A stretch of 64,000 nucleotides of DNA from an uncultured delta proteobacterium (lineage in GTDB: Bacteria; Myxococcota_A; Polyangia; Fen-1088). The stretch covers positions 291,109 through 355,108 of the forward strand of contig CAWGPW010000016.1 of the NCBI GenBank assembly GCA_963824555.1, given 5' to 3'. The notes beneath the pieces were generated by a model, which saw only the letters and a list, made by a program, of their open reading frames with translations, had not been told where the DNA came from and searched no databases. The translations under genes and the position numbers were made by a program. The stretch's first letter is position 1; each line of letters begins with the position of its first letter. Shown here one piece after another: positions 18,094 to 29,000 of the stretch.

Positions 18094-18276
18094 TCACGCA
18101 GTGCCGACGTGCCGACACTTTTCCTTCCCGGTGAGCAGCACCACGTCGAGCCGCTGAACGCGAAACGCATCGACCCCGAATTTGGCGAGGCCCCACGCAA
18201 TCGCGTCCTCTGCGACGATGAAGAGCGCTGCCGGTTGTCCGCTCTGGTCCGTTACGATGGCGTAAAGGCGCATCAT
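18094..18276 (-). CDS. Small hypothetical protein (60 aa)
   Basis: ATGATG start preceded by GAGGAGAA at good spacing. The sequence MMRLYAIVTDQSGQPAALFIVAEDAIAWGLAKFGVDAFRVQRLDVVLL is protein-like. A near-consensus sigma54 promoter lies upstream. Confidence 0.55.
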   Translation of the reverse strand: MMRLYAIVTDQSGQPAALFIVAEDAIAWGLAKFGVDAFRVQRLDVVLLTGKEKCRHVGTA

Positions 18277-18326
18277 GATGTGTTCTCCTCTGCTGATTTT
18301 TCCCGGGTGGTTGCGTCAGCAAGCAA

Positions 18327-18342
18327 AGCAATGCCCGAGCCC
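18327..18342 (-). promoter_or_regulatory. Near-consensus sigma54 promoter gGGCtCG-GGCA-TTGCT upstream of the 60-aa ORF
   Basis: The minus strand reads GGGCTCGGGCATTGCT, with GG and TTGC at canonical spacing and two mismatches to TGGCACG-N4-TTGCW. Confidence 0.5.
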
Positions 18343-18444
18343 AACGCGGCTGCCCACGCACCGGCGCGAGGCGCGCGCGCTCAGTCCCCGAATCGCAGGC
18401 GGTCTGAACGTACCCAGGCGGCGGCGCACGGCTGGCCCGTCGGT

Positions 18445-18484
18445 CGAGTCCATATGACTCGCCCCGAACAGAGGCCGAGTCATA
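18445..18484. promoter_or_regulatory. Candidate enhancer sites CGAGTCCATATGACTCG and CGAGTCATA
   Basis: The same motif as at 18064. The palindrome centre is about 113 bp upstream of the -24 GG of the 18327-18342 promoter. It also lies 60-100 bp upstream of the activator gene. Confidence 0.5.
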
Positions 18485-18542
18485 GTGGCCAGGGGCCGCG
18501 ATCCTCTCCGTCCACGACCACGTTGGGTTACAATCTTGCCTC

Positions 18543-19926
<1,384 letters not shown>

Positions 19927-19953
19927 GCACCATCTGCGCGAGGGCCGTCAACG

Positions 19954-22900
19954 TCAGCCATGCGCCGTGTGCTGGCGGGCGAGCTCGAGGATGCGGCGAT
20001 GCTCGGGGATGCGGGTGAGAAAGGACTCGCGCATGGCAGGGTCGTCGATGGTTTGGGCGCGAGCGCGGAGCCATTGCGCGGCGGCGGTCACCGCTGCTTG
20101 CGCGGCTGGCTGGTCGCCGGTGGCGATCAGGCACTCGGCGAGCGCCAAGCGAATGGTGGCCTCGCCGTCGTCTACGAAGCCGAGACGATCGAGCTGAGCA
20201 TGTGCCTCGCGAGCGTTGGGGAGAGCTTCGTCCAGGCGACCTTGGGCAAGAAGGGCGCGAGCCAGAAGGGCGAGCGCGAAGGGACGGGCGGAGGGCACTG
20301 GCATCCCACGTCGGCATGGCGGCGCGTGCGAAGTGCTCGGCACGTGGGTAGTCACCCGCCAGGTACTCGGTTACCGAGAGATACGCCTCGGCAAAACCCT
20401 GAAATCGTCGATCGTTTTGAGCGCTGGTCACGGCCACAGCCTGCTCGCCAACGGCGCGCGCCTCGTCAAGTGATCCCTGGTACGCGCAGGATATTCGTCA
20501 AGGCCTGCAAGCCACCTCCAAGCAGGTGCTTGAGATCCATCCGCTTGGCAGTGGCCAGGACCTGCCGCATGCACGCTTCGGCTTCTTCCAGTAGGCCGAT
20601 TTCAAGAAGTCCTACGCTTAGGTTTCCAAGCGCACCGCACGCGTCTCGCCGAAGACCGATGCTCGTCGAAGTGGTCAGCGGCACGCCTGGAGAGCGCCAG
20701 ATACTCAGCCAGACTTCCGTTGTTGCGCAAGCCATACGCTCTCGATGCCATCGGCACTTCCAAGAAGGATGGGCTCAAGCTGTTCTCGCGAATTTTTCCA
20801 GAAGGGCCACAGTTCGCTCGCGCACCCGGTAGTCGCCATCAAGATCAAGGTGTGGCGGTCGCGGTCATCAGTACAGTCCAGCCAGATTCAGATCAACTCG
20901 GGCTCCGTCGGTCGTTCGAGGCCCCGGAATAGCGTTGCAATCTCCTCGTACTTGGCCTGCGGCCCAAGCGCATCGAAAAGCGTGCTCAGGGCACGCAAGC
21001 GGGTCCGGGCGTCGCTGGAAAGGAGTGCCTGTCTGCTCGCTCGACTCTGCCTCTCTGTACTCGCCTCGCCAATAGCGCGCATTCGACTCGATCACGCGCA
21101 TCGCGCACAGCACCTCGCCTTCCGCACCGAGACCCGCGGCCCGCTCGACGCGCGCAATGGCCTCTACCAAGTCATCCGCATCGAGCGCCTGCTGCGCGGC
21201 CACGGCCAGCCAGTGAATGGCCCGCGCCTTTTCCTCCGCGCGCTCGAAGTGGTCGGCCAGCACGATGCCGTCGCGCTCTCCCGCCTGCTCCAGATACTGG
21301 CCAGCAAGCAGGTGGCCCAAGCGCTCTTCCTCGGCCGGCAGCATCTCGTAGGCCGCCTGGCGCAGAAGCGCGTGGCGGAATGCATACTCGCGCAGCTCGC
21401 CGGTCGACCGCGAAAAGAGGATCTCCTGCTTTTCAAGTATGTCCAGCCAGCGGTCCACGTCCTTGCGCACGTTCCCGTCGACCAGGGCCTTGACCCCCGC
21501 GGGCCGAAAGACCTGGCCAAAGACGCTACCCGCGCGCAACACCAGCTTGGCGTCCGGGCCGAAACCATCGAAGCGCGCCTGCACCATGGCCAGCACGGTG
21601 TCGGGCAAGTTGCTGTCGTCGCCTACCGTGCCCCCGTCGGCCACCGCGCGCAGCAATTCCTGCAGATAGAAAGGATTCCCTTGCGCGCGCTCCACGATCC
21701 AGCGCGCGCTCTGCTCGGGAAGCTGGCCCGCCACGTGCTCGACCATGCGCTGGCTCCAGCGCGGCGAGAGGGGCGCCAGCTTGATGTGCTGCGGGTTACG
21801 CTCGCTCCACAAGGCGGGAAAGCGCCGCTCGACCTGGGGGCGCGCAAGCGCCAGGACCATCAGTGGTTTCTCGGCCAGCACGCGCAAGGCCGCGTCCACG
21901 AGGCTCACGCTGGGCGCGTCGCCCCAGTGCAAGTCTTCCAGCACGAGTAGCACGGGATGCTGGCTGCACACCGCCTCGATCCATTCCAGCCAGGCCATCA
22001 GCTTCTGGTCGGCCATCAGGCGCGCGTCTTTGCGGGCCGCGCGCAAGGGCAGAAGATCGTCGTCGGGGAAGGGCAAATTGGCCAGCTCGCCAAGAAACGC
22101 CACCGTCGCCGCGGTCCGCGAGCCATCCTTTTCGGGCAGAAAGCGCGCGATATGGGCGGTCAGGAGCTTCCGCTGCTCGGCCTCGGGCTCGCCGCCGGCG
22201 ATCCCGGCAGCCGCCAGCAAGGCCGGACCCAACAGCGCGAACGGCGCGCTGGCGCGCATGGGATCGCCGCGGCCGACCAGAAGCTCGAAGGGGCGGCCTC
22301 GGCCTTGGATGCGCTCGCGGAATTCATGGCAAACCCGCGATTTGCCTCCGCCCGCTGGCGCCGTCATCAACATCACGCGCGCCGCCGGCTCCTCGCACGC
22401 CTCGATCCACAGGGTTTCCAAGAGGTCAATCTCGCGCGCGCGGCCGAAGCAGGGGAGGTCTTTCCCCATGAGGGTCCGAGGCACCTCGGGAAGTCCCTTC
22501 TCGAACAGCAACCGCGAGGCTTGGGCCGAGAGCGGCTGGAAGCTCGAAACGGCTTTCGATCAGGCGGGCGGTGGGTCCATCGACGTGGATCGTCCCGACC
22601 GGGGTATTGGGCAACAAACGAGCCGCCTTGACGGTGGCTTGCTGCAACGAGAGCGTGCCCCCGGACTCGGTGCGGCTGGAGCTCATGCCCAGGCTGGACT
22701 CGGGAAAGACACTCTTCAGGCGCAGCGCCAGACGCGCGGCTTGCGCGCTCTGGTCCGCGGGGATGCGCAGCCCCGTGAAGGCGATGGCCGTCAGCCCATC
22801 GGCCGTGTGCTCGGCCCGCGCGCCGTAGGCGGCCAGCAAGTCCCGTAGCGCCGCTTCGCGCGTCTTACCGTGGTCTTCTCCTAACGCTTGCGAGAGCCCG

Positions 22901-23901
22901 GAAATGACCAGCACCGCGGCCACACGCTGTTCGCTCGCCGAGAGCGTCCGGTTTTGCCGCGGGTACGGCAGGTCGAATCCCGCCGCCGCCAAACCCTCGG
23001 CGACCGCGGACAGCTCGCCGGAGATCTTTCCGGCGTCGTCCGGCCGCTGTTCGGGTTCCAGTGCTAGCATGGGCTCCAGCACAGCCCGCAAAGCCTGCGG
23101 CAACGCCGAATGCAGCTCCTCCAGCTCTGCATCGTCCCAGATGTCCGTCTTGCTGCCTTGATTTCCGTGCCAGCGAGGCGGCTTCCCGGTCGCGCACTCG
23201 ACCAGTACGCAGCCCAGGGAGAAGATGTCCGCGCGCCGGTCGACCGCGTCTCCGTCGCGTGCCTGCTCGGGCGCTATGTAAAGCGGCGTACCGATCGCCG
23301 TACCCGGTCGGGTCACTTGCCAATCGTCGTGGGCCCGGTGGGCGATACCGAAGTCGAGCAGCTTGACCTGAGCGAGATCCGCCCCGGGCAGGAACAGATT
23401 CGACGGCTTGATGTCTCGGTGAACCAGGCCGCGCGCGTGCGCCACCGCCAGCGCCTGCGACACGCGGCTGCCCAGGCGGGCCGCAGCCGCGGGTCCGAGC
23501 GCCCCGCGCGCCAGACGATCGGCCAGAGTTTCGCCGTCCAGCCACTCCATGGCCAGGTACAGCTCGCCCTGCGGGGTCGCGCCGTGGGCCACGTAGCGCA
23601 CGATGGCCGGGTGCGCGAGCGCGGCCAGCACCTCTGCTTCGCGCAGGAAGCGCTCGCTGGCCGCGTGCCCCCGGCGATGCAGCACCTTCAGCGCGACCGC
23701 TTGTCCGTCCACCCGATCGCGACCGCGAAACACCATTCCCATTCCCCCGCTACCCACCAGCGCCTCGACCTCGAAGCGCTCGCCGAAGAGCCTCTGCTCG
23801 CGTGCCACGCACAGAGGCTCTTCCCGGGTCTCGTTCAGGCCTTCATCCTTCACGGCGCCAGGACGGGAAATACCACGAAAAGGCGCCCATGTGATGGACA
23901 T
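19954..23901 (-). CDS. Ser/Thr kinase / cyclase-like / STAND (AAA_16-like) ATPase / TPR protein, paralog 2, broken into at least 4 frames
   Basis: The fragments align collinearly with the intact paralog at 26054..30022. They are the kinase (22426..23901), ATPase (20868..22511), and TPR pieces (20888..21082, 20466..20735, 19954..20355, ending …RIPEHRRILELARQ). Confidence 0.8.
20868..22511 (-). CDS. Paralog 2 fragment: STAND/AAA ATPase region
   Basis: Walker A APAGGGKSRV and Walker B VLLVLEDLHWGD, collinear with paralog 1. Confidence 0.8.
   Translation of the reverse strand: MLFEKGLPEVPRTLMGKDLPCFGRAREIDLLETLWIEACEEPAARVMLMTAPAGGGKSRVCHEFRERIQGRGRPFELLVGRGDPMRASAPFALLGPALLAAAGIAGGEPEAEQRKLLTAHIARFLPEKDGSRTAATVAFLGELANLPFPDDDLLPLRAARKDARLMADQKLMAWLEWIEAVCSQHPVLLVLEDLHWGDAPSVSLVDAALRVLAEKPLMVLALARPQVERRFPALWSERNPQHIKLAPLSPRWSQRMVEHVAGQLPEQSARWIVERAQGNPFYLQELLRAVADGGTVGDDSNLPDTVLAMVQARFDGFGPDAKLVLRAGSVFGQVFRPAGVKALVDGNVRKDVDRWLDILEKQEILFSRSTGELREYAFRHALLRQAAYEMLPAEEERLGHLLAGQYLEQAGERDGIVLADHFERAEEKARAIHWLAVAAQQALDADDLVEAIARVERAAGLGAEGEVLCAMRVIESNARYWRGEYREAESSEQTGTPFQRRPDPLACPEHAFRCAWAAGQVRGDCNAIPGPRTTDGARVDLNLAGLY
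22426..23901 (-). CDS. Paralog 2 fragment: Ser/Thr kinase plus degenerate nucleotide-cyclase-like domain
   Basis: GSGGMGMVFRG, AVALK, HRDIKPSNLF, DFG and GTPLYIAPE. Trimmed to the ATG at 23901. Confidence 0.8.
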   Translation of the reverse strand: MSITWAPFRGISRPGAVKDEGLNETREEPLCVAREQRLFGERFEVEALVGSGGMGMVFRGRDRVDGQAVALKVLHRRGHAASERFLREAEVLAALAHPAIVRYVAHGATPQGELYLAMEWLDGETLADRLARGALGPAAAARLGSRVSQALAVAHARGLVHRDIKPSNLFLPGADLAQVKLLDFGIAHRAHDDWQVTRPGTAIGTPLYIAPEQARDGDAVDRRADIFSLGCVLVECATGKPPRWHGNQGSKTDIWDDAELEELHSALPQALRAVLEPMLALEPEQRPDDAGKISGELSAVAEGLAAAGFDLPYPRQNRTLSASEQRVAAVLVISGLSQALGEDHGKTREAALRDLLAAYGARAEHTADGLTAIAFTGLRIPADQSAQAARLALRLKSVFPESSLGMSSSRTESGGTLSLQQATVKAARLLPNTPVGTIHVDGPTARLIESRFELPAALGPSLAVAVREGTSRGASDPHGERPPLLRPRARD

Positions 23902-24031
23902 CACCCCCAATCCCGCGATAGCCGCAGAAGGTCGTGGTCGTGGCCGGTTGTAATTGCCGTCGGCTACCCATGTCCTCAGGGCGAAAGTTGTGCAGCGTCT
24001 TGCGGAACGGTCTTGACCAATCCGCATTGTA

Positions 24032-25171
24032 TTGCAGAATGGTCAGGGCGTGGAGCGAGCACAAACGAAAGCGATCCTTCGCGATCTCGACAAGAAGATG
24101 GTCCTCTTGTCTGGTCCCCGGCAGGTGGGCAAGTCGTACCTGGCTCGCATGCTGATGGCCGGATTCCGCGCGCCACAATACCTCAACTACGACAGTGCCC
24201 AGGACCGCGCAGTCATCAGGGCCGAGTCCTGGCGGGGCGACACGGATCTGCTGATCCTCGACGAGCTCCACAAGCTTCCCTGCTGGAAAAGCTACCTCAA
24301 GGGAATCTACGACACGCGGAGGCCTCATCTCCGCATCCTGGTGACGGGCAGCGCCCGGCTCGAGACTTTCCGGCAATCGGGCGACAGCCTGGCTGGCCGG
24401 TATTTTCTGCACCGGCTGCTTCCGGTCTCGCCGGCCGAGGCCGGCCAGGCGGGCATCAGCGCCGGAATCGATCGTTTCCTCGATAGCGGTGGTTTTCCCG
24501 AGCCGTTCCTGTCTGATGATCCGCTGGACGTGGGGCGCTGGAGGCGGCAGTACCTGGACGGTCTGGTTCGCGAAGACATTCTCACCTTCGACAACGTTCA
24601 CGATCTCCGGGCCATTTCCCTACTGGTCGAGCTGCTGCGCGAGCGGGTTGCGTCGCCGCTCAGCTACCAGAGCCTGGCCGAGGATCTGGGCATTGCGCCC
24701 AATACGGTCAAACGTTACGTCGAGATCCTGGAGGCGCTCTATATCGTCTTCCGCGTGCGGCCCCACACCCGCTCGATTGCGCGCTCGCTTCAGCGGCAGC
24801 CGAAGCTGTATTTCTACGACACCGGGCTGGTGAAGGGAGACGAGGGGCAACGCCTGGAGAACCTGGTGGCGATGTGTCTGCAGAAGCGCCTGTTCCATCT
24901 CGAGGACCGCGACGGAAAACCGCGCTCGCTCCACTACCTGAGAACCAAGGAAGGCAAGGAGGTGGATTTCGTGACCGTCGAAAACGGGCAGCCCTTGCTG
25001 ATGGTTGAAGCCAAGGCGAGCGATCGCACCCTCACCCCCGGCTTGCGCCACTTTCGCGACCGGTATGGCATACCCGGGGTGCAGCTCGTGGGCGATCTTC
25101 GTGTGGAGACAGAACACAACGGGCTTTCAGTACGCCAGGCATTCCCTTGGCTGCAGGCGCTGGAAGCGTGA
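24032..25171 (+). CDS. AAA-family ATPase with DUF4143-type C-terminal domain
   Basis: LLSGPRQVGKSY (Walker A), LLILDELHK (Walker B), and a typical AAA_14/DUF4143 layout. The TTG start is uncertain; a GTG at 24050 is possible. Confidence 0.8.
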   Translation: MQNGQGVERAQTKAILRDLDKKMVLLSGPRQVGKSYLARMLMAGFRAPQYLNYDSAQDRAVIRAESWRGDTDLLILDELHKLPCWKSYLKGIYDTRRPHLRILVTGSARLETFRQSGDSLAGRYFLHRLLPVSPAEAGQAGISAGIDRFLDSGGFPEPFLSDDPLDVGRWRRQYLDGLVREDILTFDNVHDLRAISLLVELLRERVASPLSYQSLAEDLGIAPNTVKRYVEILEALYIVFRVRPHTRSIARSLQRQPKLYFYDTGLVKGDEGQRLENLVAMCLQKRLFHLEDRDGKPRSLHYLRTKEGKEVDFVTVENGQPLLMVEAKASDRTLTPGLRHFRDRYGIPGVQLVGDLRVETEHNGLSVRQAFPWLQALEA

Positions 25172-25194
25172 TCGTGCAAAGTCCGCCCCCTCGT

Positions 25195-25271
25195 TGGTGG
25201 GCGCGGCGGGACTCGAACCCACTACCCCCGGCTTCGGAGGCCGGTACTCTATCCAGATGAGCTACGCGCCC
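25195..25271 (-). tRNA. tRNA-Arg (anticodon CCG), CCA encoded
   Basis: I folded a 77-nt cloverleaf by hand: acceptor GGGCGCG/CGCGCCC, anticodon stem CCGGC/GCCGG with loop CTCCGAA, and T-loop TTCGAGT. Confidence 0.9.
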
Positions 25272-25883
25272 GGAACCCCCGATTCATAGCCCGCGTCTCG
25301 CGCCAGCGCAAGCTCGCCTAGATCTCGCTGTAACCGCGAAGGTCGAGGTCGTGGCCGTAGTCGTGGCCGTGGCCGATTCTTCCTCGGCCACGGCCTGGGC
25401 CACGACCACGTCTACGTCCACCATGCGCCGCTCCGGCAAGATGAGCGTCTCCATCATGGAAAGCTGTCTCTTCTGGTCCGAGCAAGAAATGTCCTCGCAA
25501 GAGCAAAAGGCCACATCCTTCGCCGCGCCAGCGCATCGCATTTTCCAGGGTGGTAACGCCATGTAGCGCAATGCGTGTGCGTGTACGGAACACCCAGCCA
25601 TGTGGGTGTCACTTTTTTGACGGCCAAAGGATCGACGCCGATTAACTGATTGAAACCATTAGGCCGTCAATTCCATGACCACTTGCCAGTGTGTTGACGA
25701 TAACGCGGATCATGACAATTGCGCGTAACAGACGCGGCCGAAATTCATTGATGAAACTGCGCAATAGCCCAAGCAACCGTCAATACCATGTCCAATAGTC
25801 ACACAATTGACTTGTGTTCGGCATAATTGAGTGTTCTAATGAGATTAGCCCATTCAATTGGCACCCAACCAAGGAGAAGGACC

Positions 25884-25952
25884 ATGAAGAAAAAGGCAGG
25901 ACTCAAGGTCAAGAGCAAGGTTCGCAGCGGCGGCGGTAAGTGGCCTCTATAG
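25884..25952 (+). CDS. Candidate 22-aa basic peptide MKKKAGLKVKSKVRSGGGKWPL
   Basis: AAGGAGAAGG lies 4-13 nt upstream of the ATG. The ORF is isolated in an AT-rich island and followed by a strong hairpin. It is too short for compositional support. Confidence 0.3.
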   Translation: MKKKAGLKVKSKVRSGGGKWPL

Positions 25953-25979
25953 ACGAGGCAGAACCACGGTCATCGACCC

Positions 25980-26011
25980 GCAAAACGTCGTCCATCGGGG
26001 CGGCGTTTTGC
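25980..26011. terminator. 14-bp stem / tetraloop hairpin (GCAAAACGTCGTCC-ATCG-GGGCGGCGTTTTGC)
   Basis: Paired by hand (two G-U pairs) and followed by GTTTCC on the plus strand. Lies between the small ORF and the convergent kinase gene stop. Confidence 0.45.
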
Positions 26012-26053
26012 GTTTCCGGAATTGCCAGAAACCAATTGGCGAATAGTGACTGT

Positions 26054-29000
26054 CTAGCTGTCCAATACTTTCAATTCAGCAGTACTTAGCAGCTGGTGTG
26101 CGAGTTCGACAGTTCGCTTGTGCTCGGGAATGCGGGCAAGAAAGGACGCGCGCCAATCAGAATTGTCGATGTTGGTGGCCTGCATGCGAAGCCGTCCCAC
26201 AGCCTTGCCAATCACTTCCTTGGCTGCTGAAAAATCGGACGAGGCCATCAGGCATTCCGCCAAGGCTAACCGGACCGTCGCTTCGCCATCTTGAACTTGA
26301 CCCAGCACATCAAGACACGAATGAGCCTCACGTGCACATAGGAGTGCCTCCTCGATCTTGCCCTGGCCGCACAGGGACCGGGCCAACAGTGCCAGAGCGA
26401 ATGGCCGCGACGAAGGGTTGTTGTCGAGCATTGCTAGCGCGAACCTCGCATGTGACTCGGCGGCCGGGTAATCCTGCGCCAGGTATTCGATGACGGACAA
26501 ATAGAGTCGAGCGAAGCTGCCGAAGAATTTGTCGCCAGTCTCTGTGGTCCGCTTGATTGCGCGCTCGCCGAAACCGCGGGCCTCGACCAAACGGCCTTGG
26601 TAGGCGAGAACATTGGAAAGGAGATAGAGGGTTCCACCCAGCAGGTGGTTCAGCCCCATTCTTTCCGCAATTGCCCATAGCTTCCTCGCGTGTACCTCCG
26701 CTTCTTCTAGTTGACCCATTTCCATGAGAGCCACACTAGCATTCCCAAGGGCCATCGTGCCCGCCCGTAGGTGACCAGCATTCTCGAAGAATTTCCAGGC
26801 CCGTAGGAAGCCGATGGTTTGGTCGCCAGGACGCCCTGCGGCCCCTGCCAAGTGAGCCCTTATGCTTTCAGTGCGGCCCACCAAAATTGGATCTAAGTTG
26901 CTTCGTTCTGCTTCCAGCAATTCTAAGGTGCGTTCTCTTAACTCCAATTGTCCAGTGGTTGCCAGAAACGCAGCTGAGCTGTACTTGCATTCGACCCAGG
27001 CATTTAGCAACTCCGACTGCACTGGCCTTTCCTCTAGATCCGCGGCCAGTTTTCCAATCTCCTCGTATTTGGCTTGGGACCCCAATCCCATAATGAGTGC
27101 GCTCGTTGCCCGCAGCGCAAGCTTCGGATCCTCGCACTTTCTTCCCTCCCTTGCGGCGCGCTCGGCTTCAACGTATTCGCCCTTCCAATAGCGCGCCTCC
27201 GACTCCACGATCCGCAGCTCCGCCAAGTCGTCGCCCTGCGCGCCCAGGCGCACGCCGCGCTCCACGCGGTCGAGGGCCGCTTTCAGGTCGTCCACCTCCA
27301 TGGCTTGGTTGGCGGCCACCCGCAGCCAGGGCACGGCGCGCTCGGGCTTTTGGCCTTTCTCGAAGTGGTCGGCCAGGACGATGGCGTCGCGGTCGCCCTG
27401 CTCTTCCAGGAAATCGCCGGCCAGGTAGTGCCCGTTCACTTCCTCTTTCGGCGACAGCATGGCGTAGGCGGCCTGGTGCAAAAGGGCGTGGCGAAAGACG
27501 TGCTGGCGGGTCGCGCCGACCGGGCGCGAGAACAGGATTTCCTTGCTCACCAGGATCTCGAGCCAGCGATCGACGTCCTCGTCGGCCATGTCGTCGACCA
27601 GGGCCTTGACCCCCGCGGCGCTGAAGCTTTGGCCGAAAATGCTGGCCGCGCGCACCACCAGCTTCGACCCCTCGCCGACAGCATCGAAACGGACCTGTAC
27701 GGTGCCGAGCACGGTGTCGGGGATCTGCGCCAGCTCGCCACCTGCGGCCGCCGCGCGCACCAGTTCTTCGAGGTAGAAGGGGTTGCCCTGGGCGTGGTCG
27801 AGCAGCCAGTCCATCTTCTCGGATGCCACGTCGCCCAGCACGCGCCGCACGAATTCCTGCTCGGCCCGCTTGCCGAGAGGCGGCAGGGAGATGCGCTGCA
27901 CGTGCCGCTCGCGCCACAGACCGTAGAAGCGCTCGTCGACCTCGGGCCGCGCCAGGGCCAGCACCATCAGGGGCTTGTCACGCAACACGCGCAGGGCCGA
28001 ATCGATGTAGTTCACGCTGGCGAAGTCGCCCCAGTGCAAGTCTTCGAGCAGCAGGAACACGGGGTGGTGCCCGGCCTCGGCTTCCAGCCAATCGACCCAA
28101 GCCGCCATGGTCTGGTCTGCCATCAAGCGCGCGTCCCGCCGCGCGGCCTGCAACTGCGGCAACTCGTCGTCGGGGAAACGTATGTTGGTGATCTCGCCCA
28201 GAAAAGCCGCCGTGGTGTCCGCACTCTTGGCCGGCAAGAAGCGGGAGGTGTGCGCTTGTAGGCGTTTGCGCTGGACCTCGTCGGGCTCGGTGCCGGTGAT
28301 GCCCGCGGCGCCGCGCACGGCCTGGCCCACGAGCCCCAGCGAGACATTGATGCGCATGGGATCGCCGCGGCCGATGAGCAGCTCGAAGCCGTGTCCGCTG
28401 TCGCGCTTGCGTTCGAGGAACTCGTAGACCACGCGCGACTTGCCGCAGCCCGCGGAGCCGCTGAGCACCACGGCCTGGGCCTGGGGCTCTTCCACGCAGG
28501 CTTCGAACAGACTGTCCAGCTCCCTGATTTCACGATCGCGCCCGATGCACGGGATCTCTTTCCCGAGGACCGTGCGCGGGGCCTCGCGCAGACCCTTCTC
28601 GAACAGCAGGCGCGCCCGGCCATCCGGCTCGACCACGATTTCGAAGCGCGCGTCGAGCAGCCGCTTCATTTCCTCGCTGATGTGAATCGAACCGAGGTGC
28701 TGCTTGCTCACCAGGTGGACGGCGCTGTCGACCAGATGCTCGGTGCGCAGCTCGTCTTCCTTGATGGCGTGGCCCAGGCTGATGCCCAGCGACGAGTCCG
28801 GTCGCGCCAGCTTGACCTTGAGTGCGCAGCGCGCGGAGCGCACGGCCAAGTCGAGCGGCGTGGACTGCGCCTCGCCGGTCATGCTGACCACCAACCCGCC
28901 GTTGGCCAGGCGGCGGATATGCGCGCCGAAGGCGGCGATGTCGCCGGCCAAACGATCCAGTCGTGCCTCGTCGAATTCGGCGTCGGAAAGCCTGCGCGCG

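Noticed and set aside
18527-18541. Sigma54-like GGGTTACAATCTTGC immediately upstream of the activator gene.
   Set aside because: The -12 element would lie 2-5 nt before the annotated ATG, so the transcript would start inside the gene. It also has only the GG/TTGC cores. Likely chance, unless the true start codon is further downstream.
19954-23901. Calling the fragmented kinase paralog, integrase, hicB and giant toxin true pseudogenes.
   Set aside because: Essential secA shows the same kind of single-base frame switches, so sequencing or assembly indels are the simpler explanation. Genuine decay of some of them cannot be excluded without better reads.
25195-25271. tRNA-Arg as the attachment site of an island extending to the integrase at 2936..3967.
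   Set aside because: I found no direct repeat of the tRNA 3' half elsewhere in the window by eye. The integrase is 21 kb away and not adjacent to the tRNA. The idea is unsupported without a repeat search.
25284-25601. ORFs next to the tRNA: 25284..25601(-), 25318..25593(-), 25351..25566(+).
   Set aside because: They mutually overlap, have no RBS or motif support, and have odd composition. A small His/Asp-rich C-terminus (…GHGHDYGHDLDLRGYSEI) is intriguing but cannot be supported.
25858-25875. TGGCAC hexamer just upstream of the 22-aa ORF as a sigma54 promoter.
   Set aside because: There is no TTGC at the -12 position (TGGCAC-CCAAC-CAAG). The hexamer overlaps the ribosome-binding region.
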